From positions 224,001 through 288,000 of the forward strand of contig JANRJK010000036.1 of assembly GCA_033764015.1 (NCBI GenBank): a stretch of 64,000 bases of DNA, given 5' to 3'. Under the pieces are notes generated by a model. The model was not told the DNA's origin. It saw only the letters and a list, made by a program, of their open reading frames with translations, and searched no databases. Source of the stretch: Candidatus Sumerlaeia bacterium. GTDB taxonomy: Bacteria > Sumerlaeota > Sumerlaeia > SLMS01 > JANRJK01. The position numbers and the translations under genes are program-made. This document shows positions 48,807-57,486 of the stretch, piece after piece (positions within the stretch are counted from its first letter, which is position 1; each line of letters starts with the position of its first letter).

Positions 48807-51212
48807 CTACCGCAGCGCGGCGCCGTGCTTCTCCTCGAGCAGCGAGCGGACCGCCTCCATCGCCGAGGCCACCTCGGCGTCCTGCAGCGTGCGGTCCGGT
48901 GCGCGGAACACCAGCGAGAATGCGAGCGAGCGCTTTCCTTCGGCCACCTGCTTGCCTTCGTACATGTCGAAGAGCGTGACCGACTGGAGCAGCTCCTTGC
49001 CGGCCTTGCGGATCGTGCGCTCCAGTTCGAGCGCGGGGACGGCACGGTCCACCAGGAGGGCGAGGTCGCGCTGCGCGGCGGGGAAGCGGGGGATTTCGGT
49101 GAACGCGGGCGCTGTGCACAGCGCGGCGAGCTCCGCGGTGACGGCGATCTCCATCAGGTAGGCCCGCTTCTTCAGGTCGAGCTCCTTCGCGAGCGCGGGA
49201 TGCAGCTCGCCGAAGAGGAGGACCGGCTGGCCCTTGACGAGGAATCGCGCCGCGCGCCCGGGGTGCAGCCACGGGACGTCGGCGGCGCGTTCGACCACCA
49301 GGCGGGCGATGCCCAGGCGCGCGAGGATCGCCTCCGCGGCGCCCTTCGCGTCGAAGAAGTCGTACTCGGCGGGGCCGGAGCGCCAGCTCGCGCGCCCGCC
49401 GCCGCAGAGCAGCGCGACGCAGGAGACGCGCTCGTCCGTCGCGGGCTCCAGCGTATCCTTCGGGAGGTCCGTGCGGGGCTCCGCGGATGCCCAGGCGAAG
49501 GTCTCGGCGATCTCGAAGAGGCGCACGTCGCCGACGCCGTGGTTCAGGTTGTGGGAGAGGTTCTGGAGTAGCGAGGGGACCAGCGAGCGCCGCATCACCG
49601 CCTGGTCCGCGGTGAGCGGATTGCGCACGCGCACCTGGAGCCCGTCCGCGAGGCCGACGGTTGCGTTGGCGGCCTCGGTGCCGAAGCTGAAGTTGAGCGC
49701 CTCGCAGAAGCCGAGCGTCTCGAAGGCGTCGCGTAGGGCGCGGCGCAGCGCGGGCACCGGGCGCGATGTGCGCGTCTTCGGCGCGAGCGCGGGCAGGCGC
49801 TCCGGGATCCGGTCGTAGCCGATGATCCGCGCGAGATCCTCGATCAGGTCCTCCTCGACGGAGACGTCCACACGGTGCGTGGGCACGACGACGGAAAGCT
49901 CGTCCTTGTCGCCGCGGGTGATTTCGTAGTCGAGGGAGCGGAGGATGTCGGCGACCTCGCGCCCGGAGAGCTCGAGGCCGAGGCACTGCGCGACGCGGGC
50001 GAGGCGGAGCGTGAGGCGGGGCTGCTCGGGCACGTCGCCGACGACGTCGACGATGCCCTTGGCGACCTTGCCGCCGGCGAGCTCCGCGAGGAGCTGGGCG
50101 GCACGGTTGAGCGCCAGCGTGAGCCGCCGGGCGTCGGTGCCGCGCTCGAAGCGGTAGCTGGCCTCCGTCGACTTCTCGAGGCGCTTCGCGGTGCGCCGGA
50201 TCGTCGAGGGGCGGAAGTAGGCCGACTCGATGAGGACGTTGCGCGTGGAGGGGCCGACCTCGGAGTTGCCGCCGCCCATGACGCCGGCGAGGGCGACCGG
50301 CTTCTCGGCGTCGCAGATCAGGAGGTCGGTCGTCGCGAGCTGCGCCTCTTTGCCGTCGAGCGTGGTGATGCGCTCGCCGGGCTTGGCGAGGCGCACGACG
50401 ATGTGGCGCTGGGCGAGCTGCTCGCAGTCGAAGCCGTGCAGCGGGTGGCCGAGTTCGTGGAGGACGAAGTTCGTCACGTCCACGACGTTGTTGATGGGGC
50501 GCATGCCGGCGGATTCGAGGGCGACCTGCATCCAGCGGGGGCTGTGGCCGACGGCGACGTCCTCGACGAGGCGCGCGGTGTAGCGCGGGCAGTCGGCCTT
50601 CGCTTCGACGGTGACCTTCACCTTCGCCTCGGTGCGCACGGCGCTTTCCTCGAGGACGGGGGCGGGGACGCGGAGCTTGCCGCCGCTCTTCGCCGCGAGG
50701 TCGCGCGCAAGGCCCACCAGCGACAGCGCGTCGGGGCGGTTGGGCGTCACCTTGATCGTGACCAGAACGTCCCAGGGCTCGCCGACGGGCGCGTCCTGCG
50801 GGAGGATCCAGATGCCCGCCGCGTCGTCGGAGACGCCGAGCTCGACCGCGCTGCAGAGCATGCCCTCGGATTCCAGGCCGCGGATCTTGCGGGGCTTCAG
50901 CTCCTCGCCGTTCGGGAAGCGCATGCCGAAGAGCGCCACCGGGACCTTGTCGCCGACCTCGATGTTCTTCGCGCCGCAGACGATGCGCAGCGGGCGGGGT
51001 CCGCCCGTGTCCACCGTCGTCATGCGGATCTTCTCCGCGTCGGGGATCGCCTCGATGTCGTCGATGCGGCCGACGACGACCTTCTTCGAGAGCATGCCAA
51101 GGTCGAGGGTCTCTTCGACCTCGAGGCCCGCGTCGGTGATGGCGTCGATGAGCGCCTCGTTGGAGGCGGTGGTGTCGAGGTACTTGCGGAGAAGTCGGAG
51201 GGAGAAGCGCAT
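48807..51212 (-). CDS. pheT: Phenylalanine--tRNA ligase beta subunit
   Basis: Motifs IVCGAKN, SEGMLCS, TPNRPD, INNVVDVTN and SYRFERG, and a C-terminal FDX-ACB domain (RDLAL, KRSLAF). Confidence 0.97.
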   Translation of the reverse strand: MRFSLRLLRKYLDTTASNEALIDAITDAGLEVEETLDLGMLSKKVVVGRIDDIEAIPDAEKIRMTTVDTGGPRPLRIVCGAKNIEVGDKVPVALFGMRFPNGEELKPRKIRGLESEGMLCSAVELGVSDDAAGIWILPQDAPVGEPWDVLVTIKVTPNRPDALSLVGLARDLAAKSGGKLRVPAPVLEESAVRTEAKVKVTVEAKADCPRYTARLVEDVAVGHSPRWMQVALESAGMRPINNVVDVTNFVLHELGHPLHGFDCEQLAQRHIVVRLAKPGERITTLDGKEAQLATTDLLICDAEKPVALAGVMGGGNSEVGPSTRNVLIESAYFRPSTIRRTAKRLEKSTEASYRFERGTDARRLTLALNRAAQLLAELAGGKVAKGIVDVVGDVPEQPRLTLRLARVAQCLGLELSGREVADILRSLDYEITRGDKDELSVVVPTHRVDVSVEEDLIEDLARIIGYDRIPERLPALAPKTRTSRPVPALRRALRDAFETLGFCEALNFSFGTEAANATVGLADGLQVRVRNPLTADQAVMRRSLVPSLLQNLSHNLNHGVGDVRLFEIAETFAWASAEPRTDLPKDTLEPATDERVSCVALLCGGGRASWRSGPAEYDFFDAKGAAEAILARLGIARLVVERAADVPWLHPGRAARFLVKGQPVLLFGELHPALAKELDLKKRAYLMEIAVTAELAALCTAPAFTEIPRFPAAQRDLALLVDRAVPALELERTIRKAGKELLQSVTLFDMYEGKQVAEGKRSLAFSLVFRAPDRTLQDAEVASAMEAVRSLLEEKHGAALR

Positions 51213-51267
51213 ACGGGTCCGGTCGCGTGGTTGTCGCGTTGAGTTGTTGGTGGATCGGGGCCGGCGG

Positions 51268-51624
51268 TCAGCCGTCCTTCTTGGAGCCGACAAGCGGGAG
51301 CTTGCGGATGTGCGCCTTGCCGTCCTCGAAATCGGCCTTCTGCTGGTCTTCGAGGGCGTTGGGATCGTTGATGTCGACGTCGACCTCGTTGGGGCGCCCG
51401 CCCTGTCCGGCCATCGCGTCGAGCGCGGCGGCGCCGCGCCCCTGGGGGGCGGCGGGCGGCGTGGCGGCGGGCCGGGCGGCGGTCTCCTCCGCGGCGGCGG
51501 GGGGCGGGGGGGGAGGCGGAACGTAGGTCGAGGGCGGCAGGTCGGGGGCGGTGGAGATGCGGAAGGCCGCCCCGCCCATGAGGACGAGGTTCAGGATGAT
51601 CAGGGCCACGATCGCGTACTTCAT
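51268..51624 (-). CDS. Small hypothetical membrane-anchored Pro/Ala-rich protein
   Basis: N-terminal hydrophobic helix and a polyproline tract. Lies between pheS and pheT on the same strand. Confidence 0.65.
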   Translation of the reverse strand: MKYAIVALIILNLVLMGGAAFRISTAPDLPPSTYVPPPPPPPAAAEETAARPAATPPAAPQGRGAAALDAMAGQGGRPNEVDVDINDPNALEDQQKADFEDGKAHIRKLPLVGSKKDG

Positions 51625-51682
51625 GGGATTCGCCTCGCGGGGTGTGTCGTCGTGGGTGCGGCGCGGCGGGCGCCGGGTGCGG

Positions 51683-52744
51683 TCAGAACTGGCGCAGGAA
51701 GCGCATGTCGTTCTGGTAGAGCAGGCGGATGTCGGTGATGCCGTAGCGGATCATGGCGAGCCGGTCGACGCCGAGGCCGAAGGCGAAGCCCTTCCACTCC
51801 TCGGGATCGAGCCCTGCGTTGCGGAGCACTTGCGGGTGCACCATGCCGCAGCCGAGCACCTCCATCCAGTTGTTCGAGAAGGGCGCCCAGATGTCCATCT
51901 CGGCGCTCGGTTCGGTGAACGGGAAGAAGGACGGGCGGAAGCGCGTCTTCACATCGCGGCCGAAGAGCGCGCGCACGAATTCGTTGAGCACGCCCTTCAG
52001 GTGGCAGAACGACACGTCGCGGTCCACCAGAAGGCCCTCGATCTGGTGGAACATCGGCGAGTGCGTCGCGTCCGAGTCGCAGCGGTAGACGCGGCCCGGC
52101 GTGACCGCGGCGAAGGGCGGCGGCGTGGTGCGCATCACCCGGATCTGGGTCGGCGAGGTGTGCGTGCGGAGCACCATGCCGCGCTCGGTCCAGAAGGTGT
52201 CCTGCATGTCGCGGGCCGGGTGGTCCGCGGGGATGTTGAGCGACTCGAAGTTGAGCCACTCGCTCTCGACCTGCGGGCCGGAGGCGGTGAAGAAGCCCAT
52301 GCCTTCGAAGATGGCGACGATTTCGTCGGTGACGCGGGTGACGGGGTGCAGGTGGCCCGGGCGCGGGCGGATGCCGGGCATGGTGACGTCGACGGCCTCA
52401 GCCTCGAGGGCGGCGGCGAGCGCGGCCCGCTCCAGCTCGTCCTTGCGCTCGGCGTAGCGGCCCTGGAGGGCGCCCTTGCGCTCGTTGAGGTGCTTGCCGG
52501 CGAGCGGCTTCTCCTCCGGGGCGAGCTTGCCCATGCGGGCGTTCAGCTCGGAGAGGAAGCCCTTCTTGCCGAGGAGTTCCACGCGGAGTTCCTCGAGCGC
52601 GGCGCTGTCGGTCGCGGCGTCGAGGCGGGCGAAGGCCTCGGGCATCCGGGCGGCGAGGTCGTCCACCAGCGCGCGGAGTTCCGGCGAGGCGCCCTCGGGG
52701 AGCGCCGCCGTGGTCGTTTCGGTCGGTTCGGTGTTCGTTTCCAT
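51683..52744 (-). CDS. pheS: Phenylalanine--tRNA ligase alpha subunit
   Basis: Motifs HPARDMQDTF, LRTHTS, FHQIEG, FPFTEPS and GFAFGLG.DR. Confidence 0.98.
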   Translation of the reverse strand: METNTEPTETTTAALPEGASPELRALVDDLAARMPEAFARLDAATDSAALEELRVELLGKKGFLSELNARMGKLAPEEKPLAGKHLNERKGALQGRYAERKDELERAALAAALEAEAVDVTMPGIRPRPGHLHPVTRVTDEIVAIFEGMGFFTASGPQVESEWLNFESLNIPADHPARDMQDTFWTERGMVLRTHTSPTQIRVMRTTPPPFAAVTPGRVYRCDSDATHSPMFHQIEGLLVDRDVSFCHLKGVLNEFVRALFGRDVKTRFRPSFFPFTEPSAEMDIWAPFSNNWMEVLGCGMVHPQVLRNAGLDPEEWKGFAFGLGVDRLAMIRYGITDIRLLYQNDMRFLRQF

Positions 52745-52851
52745 TCAGGCCGGTGCCGGGGGGCGGATTCCCTGCGCGGTGCGGGGTCGCCCCGGCGTTT
52801 CGCGAGGGTGCGCGAGCGGTGCGCACCGATGCAAGGGTGTTGGACGGGACG

Positions 52852-53991
52852 CTAGCGGCGGCGGGCTTGGGCCTCCGCGATCAGCCGGCGGATCTGGGCC
52901 TGCTGGGTCTCGCGTCGGAGGTGTTCGCCTGCGAACACTTGGGCGGCGGAAGCGCGGCGCGATGCCTCTTCGGAGGAGGCGAGCGCGGCGCGCAACGCCT
53001 CCGCCAGCGGCGCCGGGCCGCCGCCTTCGAAGAGGAAACCCCGCCCGCCGCCGATCTGCCACGCGACATCCCCGACGGCGCGGGCGCAGACCGGCGTGCC
53101 AATCATCATCGCTTCGCTGATGGAAATCGGCATCGCCTCGCCGTAGCTCGGAAGGACCAGGAGGTCCGCCGCGGCGATCAGCTCGTGCGCGTCGGTGCGG
53201 CGCCCGAGGTATTCGACGCCCGCGGGCCGCTCGCGAAGGAAGGCGCGGACTTCCGGATCGGGGTCCGATGCTTCTTCCGGCCCCACGACGACGAGCCGCA
53301 GCCCCGGATGATCGGCGCGGAGCCCGGGCCACACCGACATGAGGTCGGGGATTCCCTTCCGCGCGCAGACGGTGCCGAGGAAGAGGAGCACGCGCTCGTC
53401 CGGCCGCCAACCCAGGCGCGAGCGCGTCGCGCCCCGGTCGGCCCGGAGTGCCGAGAGCGAGGGATCGACGCCGTTCGGCGAGACCTCCCAGACGGCGCGA
53501 GCGGGGGAAGGGGCGAACAACTCAACCCCGGTGCTCGAGTCGAACGCCGCCGCGTGGGCGAACCTCCGGACACAGAACCGCTTCAGTCCGTGGGTGTGTC
53601 CCTGGTGCCAGCCCTCGCGCACGTGGACGAGGAGCGGAAGCCCGAGCCGCGCCGCCGCCAGCATGGGCGCGATCTGGACGCTCGAGTTGGCGTAGACGAC
53701 CTCCGCGCCGCGGAGGGCGGCACCATAGCGCCCAAGAGACCCGAATCGGTTGAGTAGCAGGCCGGGGGCCTTCCAAAGCGGGACATCGGAGATGCCGACG
53801 GTGGCGAGGCCGACCCGGCGGCACTCGATTCCCCCCTGCAGGAGCGGGGCCTCGAGCGGCGATGCGCATGGAAAGACCGCTATCGAACACTCCGCGGGCC
53901 AGCCGCCGGTGAGGAGGAAGTCCCGGAGCCAGAGCGTCGCGCCCGACGGCGCCTGGTGGTGGAAGCAGAATGCGACCCGCGGCGAATCCAT
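52852..53991 (-). CDS. Glycosyltransferase family 4
   Basis: RKG and LPSYGEAMPISISEAM motifs in a GT-B layout. Confidence 0.88.
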   Translation of the reverse strand: MDSPRVAFCFHHQAPSGATLWLRDFLLTGGWPAECSIAVFPCASPLEAPLLQGGIECRRVGLATVGISDVPLWKAPGLLLNRFGSLGRYGAALRGAEVVYANSSVQIAPMLAAARLGLPLLVHVREGWHQGHTHGLKRFCVRRFAHAAAFDSSTGVELFAPSPARAVWEVSPNGVDPSLSALRADRGATRSRLGWRPDERVLLFLGTVCARKGIPDLMSVWPGLRADHPGLRLVVVGPEEASDPDPEVRAFLRERPAGVEYLGRRTDAHELIAAADLLVLPSYGEAMPISISEAMMIGTPVCARAVGDVAWQIGGGRGFLFEGGGPAPLAEALRAALASSEEASRRASAAQVFAGEHLRRETQQAQIRRLIAEAQARRR

Positions 53992-54051
53992 GCGGGAAGG
54001 CGTTGGCGGCCAAGGGGTGGAAGCGCAAGGCGGAAGGGGTTGGGTGAATCA

Positions 54052-54067
54052 GTTTGACATGCCAAAC
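54052..54067 (+). promoter_or_regulatory. Near-palindrome containing TTGACA (candidate -35/operator) upstream of the pilin operon
   Basis: GTTTGACATGCCAAAC matches its reverse complement at 14/16 positions and lies in the divergent intergenic region. Confidence 0.35.
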
Positions 54068-54195
54068 AGGCGTCGGGCACATCAACTACGCGCTGGCGCG
54101 CTCTGTGCCTATCTCTCCGGCAACAGCTTGCGTCGCCCCCACCCGGCGCCGAGCAATCCCCTCGAAGGACCCCACGCGGCTTAGGCCAATCGCCG

Positions 54196-54864
54196 ATGCA
54201 CGAGACACCCGCAGCCGCGCCCCACCGCGCCGAATCGGCTCGAAACGGGGCGGAGCGCCGCATTTCCGGCGCGTTCACCCTGATCGAGCTGCTCATCGTG
54301 GTGGCGATCCTCGCCATCCTGGCGGCGGTCGCGTTGCCGAACTTCCTCGAGGCGCAGGTGCGCTCGAAGGTCTCGCGGGTCCGGGCGGACATGCGCTCCA
54401 TCGCCACTGCGGCGGAAGCGTACCACGTGGACAATAACCGATACCCCTATGTCGCGGATACGCTGAACTCGCTGGATGAGCGCATGAGGCAGCTCACGAC
54501 GCCGATCGCCTTCCTCACGTCGATTCCCCGCGACCCGTTCGTGCGCCGCAGCGGATCCGCATACGGGTTCGATTCCGCCGAGGACCCGAGCGGCGCGAGC
54601 TACTTGTACAACACCGGAAACGTCCTGGTCGGCCCCGGTGTGAGCGATCCGAACAACGCGGGGCGGCAGGGCTGGTCGCTCACCAGCGGCGGACCCGACA
54701 CGCTCCTCGAGTTTCCCTACTGGCCCTTCGCCGAGACGTTCATCATCTCGAACCAGCACTTGAATTTCATCTACGATCCCACGAACGGGGCGGTCAGCCG
54801 GGGCGAAGTCTTCCGCCGCGGCGGGCGCGCGCTCCGTCCGATTCCGCAGATCGACAGCCAGTGA
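54196..54864 (+). CDS. Type IV pilin / T2SS pseudopilin-like protein (class III signal)
   Basis: GA|FTLIELLIVVAILAILAAVALPNFLEAQVRSKVSR, plus LTTPIAFL..IP.DPF, WSLTSGGPD and YDPTNGAVSRGE. Confidence 0.9.
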   Translation: MHETPAAAPHRAESARNGAERRISGAFTLIELLIVVAILAILAAVALPNFLEAQVRSKVSRVRADMRSIATAAEAYHVDNNRYPYVADTLNSLDERMRQLTTPIAFLTSIPRDPFVRRSGSAYGFDSAEDPSGASYLYNTGNVLVGPGVSDPNNAGRQGWSLTSGGPDTLLEFPYWPFAETFIISNQHLNFIYDPTNGAVSRGEVFRRGGRALRPIPQIDSQ

Positions 54865-55676
54865 AGAAGCCCCTCGCCGCGTTCCTCGCCGCGGCCGCGT
54901 TCGCGCGTGGCGGCACACCGCAGACCGCCGATCTGGAATTCCCGGCGGCACACGACGTCTGGCATTACTTCAATGCCTTCAACGCAGCGACGCGCGAGTT
55001 GGCACCCCCGTTCCTCCTGCCCCAGTCCTTCTCCGGAGGCGACCGCCGCGACGCCACCGTGGCGCTCGTTTTCGACATCGAGGCGCCCACCGGCTTCCCC
55101 GCCAACTTCCGCGTCACCCAGGCCCGCCTGCGTGTCTGGGACATCCGCTTCGCCCAGTGGACCACGGGCGGGACGAACGAGTACGGCGGCCCGCGGCGAA
55201 TCGAGCTGTTCGCCGCAGGCTTCGGCCCCGCCTACTCCGAAGCGACTTGGGACGGCACGCAGCCCTTCATCGGCGGCAACAACGACTCGTCGTTCCCCCG
55301 CGACCCCTTCCCCCGCGACCTCGCGACCGACGCGAACGTGCAGAACGAGGTCCTCAGCTACGCGCCGTGGGCCATCGGCGCGCCGGTGGGCTATGCGCCC
55401 GGAGCGATGACGCAGGCGTTCCCCATCGACTTCACGCTCGATGTAGCGGACCCGACGATCCAGCAGGAGTTGCGCGACGATCTCGCCTCGGGCTTCAGCT
55501 CGTGGATCGTCAGCTCGACGTTCGTCGCCGACTTCATGGGCCTTCCCGGGACGATCCCGAACGTGGTGATGGCCGAGGGGATCGGCAGCCACCCGCCCGC
55601 GACGGCACCGACTTTGTTCCTCACAATCGAGGAGGTCACTGCGGCCTCCGCCACCTCTTGGTTCTACTACGAGTAG
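54861..55676 (+). CDS. Secreted hypothetical protein (one copy of an unnamed domain) with a C-terminal W-motif
   Basis: GTGA overlap with the pilin stop, signal peptide, ends SATSWFYYE. Confidence 0.75.
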   Translation: MKKPLAAFLAAAAFARGGTPQTADLEFPAAHDVWHYFNAFNAATRELAPPFLLPQSFSGGDRRDATVALVFDIEAPTGFPANFRVTQARLRVWDIRFAQWTTGGTNEYGGPRRIELFAAGFGPAYSEATWDGTQPFIGGNNDSSFPRDPFPRDLATDANVQNEVLSYAPWAIGAPVGYAPGAMTQAFPIDFTLDVADPTIQQELRDDLASGFSSWIVSSTFVADFMGLPGTIPNVVMAEGIGSHPPATAPTLFLTIEEVTAASATSWFYYE

Positions 55677-55713
55677 CATCCCGGCCCAGGGCCGGTGAAA
55701 GGACCACCTAAAC

Positions 55714-57390
55714 GTGCTTCGACCCTGCTTGACCGCGGCCTTGTTCGCCGCCTGTGCCACGGCATCGCAGGCCGGCGGCACGGATAAGACCATCGCCGCA
55801 CCCAGCGACGACCGCTGGCACTATCCGTTCAACCAGACACCCGGCTTCCGCACCACCGCGTCGCTCTTCGTGACGCCCCCCAACACGGGGTTCGACTACC
55901 GGGACGCGATGATGATGATCCGCTGGCGCCCCAGCCAGGACTCCCTCGCGCCGGACTTCATCCCGTCGGGGCTCGATCCCTCCGAGTACGAGTTCGACGC
56001 GGTCCGGATCACGGTGCACCACGCGACCGGCACGTACACGTGGGACACGCGCAACCCTGCGGTGAACTTCCAAGGGAAGCCCTTCGTGATGGAGGTCTTC
56101 GGCTTCGACGTCGATTCCGGCGTAAGCTTCACGGAGGAAACCTGGACCGAGTTCAGCCCCTTCTTCGGCCAGTCCCCCTTCACACCCACAGGCATCCGCA
56201 ACCCGCACCCGCTAAACCTTCAGAGCACCTCGCCGCAGCCGAACGCGACGAATCTGGTCGATGCGCAGCCTTGGGGCTTCGGCGAACCGGTCTATGGCAC
56301 CGACCCCGGGGAGTACACCCCGGGCGTCGCGGCCACCACGCCGTTCCCGGTCACCTTCACGCTCGATCTGTCGAACATCCGCGTGAAGCGGTACATCCAG
56401 GAGGCGCTCGCGGCGGGGCGCCTCGAGTTCGTCCTCTCCTCGACGGCGGGTCCCGCGGACCCCGGGGGCGGCCCTCCGGGCGGCGCGCAGACGTTCGTCC
56501 CGGTTCTGACCACGAAGGAGAACACCACCGCGCCGGCGCCGAGCATCACCTTCGAGAACCTGCGCTTCCGCAACCGCGACCTGTCGCTCGTGGTGTCCGA
56601 CGACCAGTGGCAGTACCCGTTCAACGCGACGCCCGGAACACGCACGAGCGCTTCGCTGTTCACGTCGCCGCCGGGCGCCGGGTTCGACTACCGCGACGGC
56701 ATGATGATCGTGCGCTGGCGGATACCCGCGGACCCGTCGAGCCCGGACCACATCACTCCGGGGCTGCCGCCCGCGGCGTACCGGATCGAGGGCGCCACGG
56801 CGACACTCTGGCATTCTAGCGGCTCCTTCAACTGGGACACGCGGTCGCCCGCGATCAACCCGTTCGGCGAGCCGTTCCGCCTCGAAGTGTTCGGCATGGG
56901 CGTTCTCCCCGGCGGGTCCTTCACCGCGGAGACGTGGACCGAGACCACCCCGATTTCCGCCGCGACCCCGTTTCCCCCGGTGCGCCCGCGCAACCCGTAT
57001 CCGGTCGGCGGGAACCTCGCCAACCCGACGCAGAACGTCTCCAACACGCAGGGCGCGACCGTGTGGGGCCTTGGCGAGCCGACCTATGGCGTCGATTCCG
57101 GGGAGTACTTCCCCGGCAGCGCCGCGCCGTTCCCCTTCCCCGTCGAGTTCGACTTGGACCTGTCGAACCCGAACATCCTCGCGTACCTCCAGCGTGGCCT
57201 GTCGGAGGGGCGCATCGAGCTGGTGTTCGCATCGACCGCCGCCGCCGAACAGCCTGCCCGCGGTACCCCGCCGAGCGGCACGCCGGTGTTCCTCATGAAG
57301 GAAAGCGGCACCGGGCAGAACGCACCGCAGCTCCTGCTGCGCGGCGTTTCGATCCAAGAGCCGCTCGATAGCGGGTGGACGCTCCGGTAA
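55714..57390 (+). CDS. Secreted hypothetical protein with two tandem copies of the same domain and a C-terminal W-motif
   Basis: GTG after AAAGGA, signal peptide, internal duplication (SDD.W.YPFN.TPG.RT.ASLF / GFDYRD.MM..RWR / WG.GEP.YG.D.GEY.PG), ends DSGWTLR. Confidence 0.8.
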   Translation: MLRPCLTAALFAACATASQAGGTDKTIAAPSDDRWHYPFNQTPGFRTTASLFVTPPNTGFDYRDAMMMIRWRPSQDSLAPDFIPSGLDPSEYEFDAVRITVHHATGTYTWDTRNPAVNFQGKPFVMEVFGFDVDSGVSFTEETWTEFSPFFGQSPFTPTGIRNPHPLNLQSTSPQPNATNLVDAQPWGFGEPVYGTDPGEYTPGVAATTPFPVTFTLDLSNIRVKRYIQEALAAGRLEFVLSSTAGPADPGGGPPGGAQTFVPVLTTKENTTAPAPSITFENLRFRNRDLSLVVSDDQWQYPFNATPGTRTSASLFTSPPGAGFDYRDGMMIVRWRIPADPSSPDHITPGLPPAAYRIEGATATLWHSSGSFNWDTRSPAINPFGEPFRLEVFGMGVLPGGSFTAETWTETTPISAATPFPPVRPRNPYPVGGNLANPTQNVSNTQGATVWGLGEPTYGVDSGEYFPGSAAPFPFPVEFDLDLSNPNILAYLQRGLSEGRIELVFASTAAAEQPARGTPPSGTPVFLMKESGTGQNAPQLLLRGVSIQEPLDSGWTLR

Positions 57391-57427
57391 CCCGCTTGCG
57401 GCGCTGGTACATGTTTGGCCTCTAGCG

Positions 57428-57466
57428 GCGGGGCCCGGGCGCGACCCGGGCCCCGCAACCTTTTCC
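57428..57466 (+). terminator. Intrinsic terminator-like hairpin closing the pilin-cargo operon
   Basis: GCGGGGCCCGGG-CGCGA-CCCGGGCCCCGC forms a 12-bp stem followed by AACCTTTTCC. Confidence 0.6.
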
Positions 57467-57486
57467 ACTTCCCGGAGACCTTTGCC

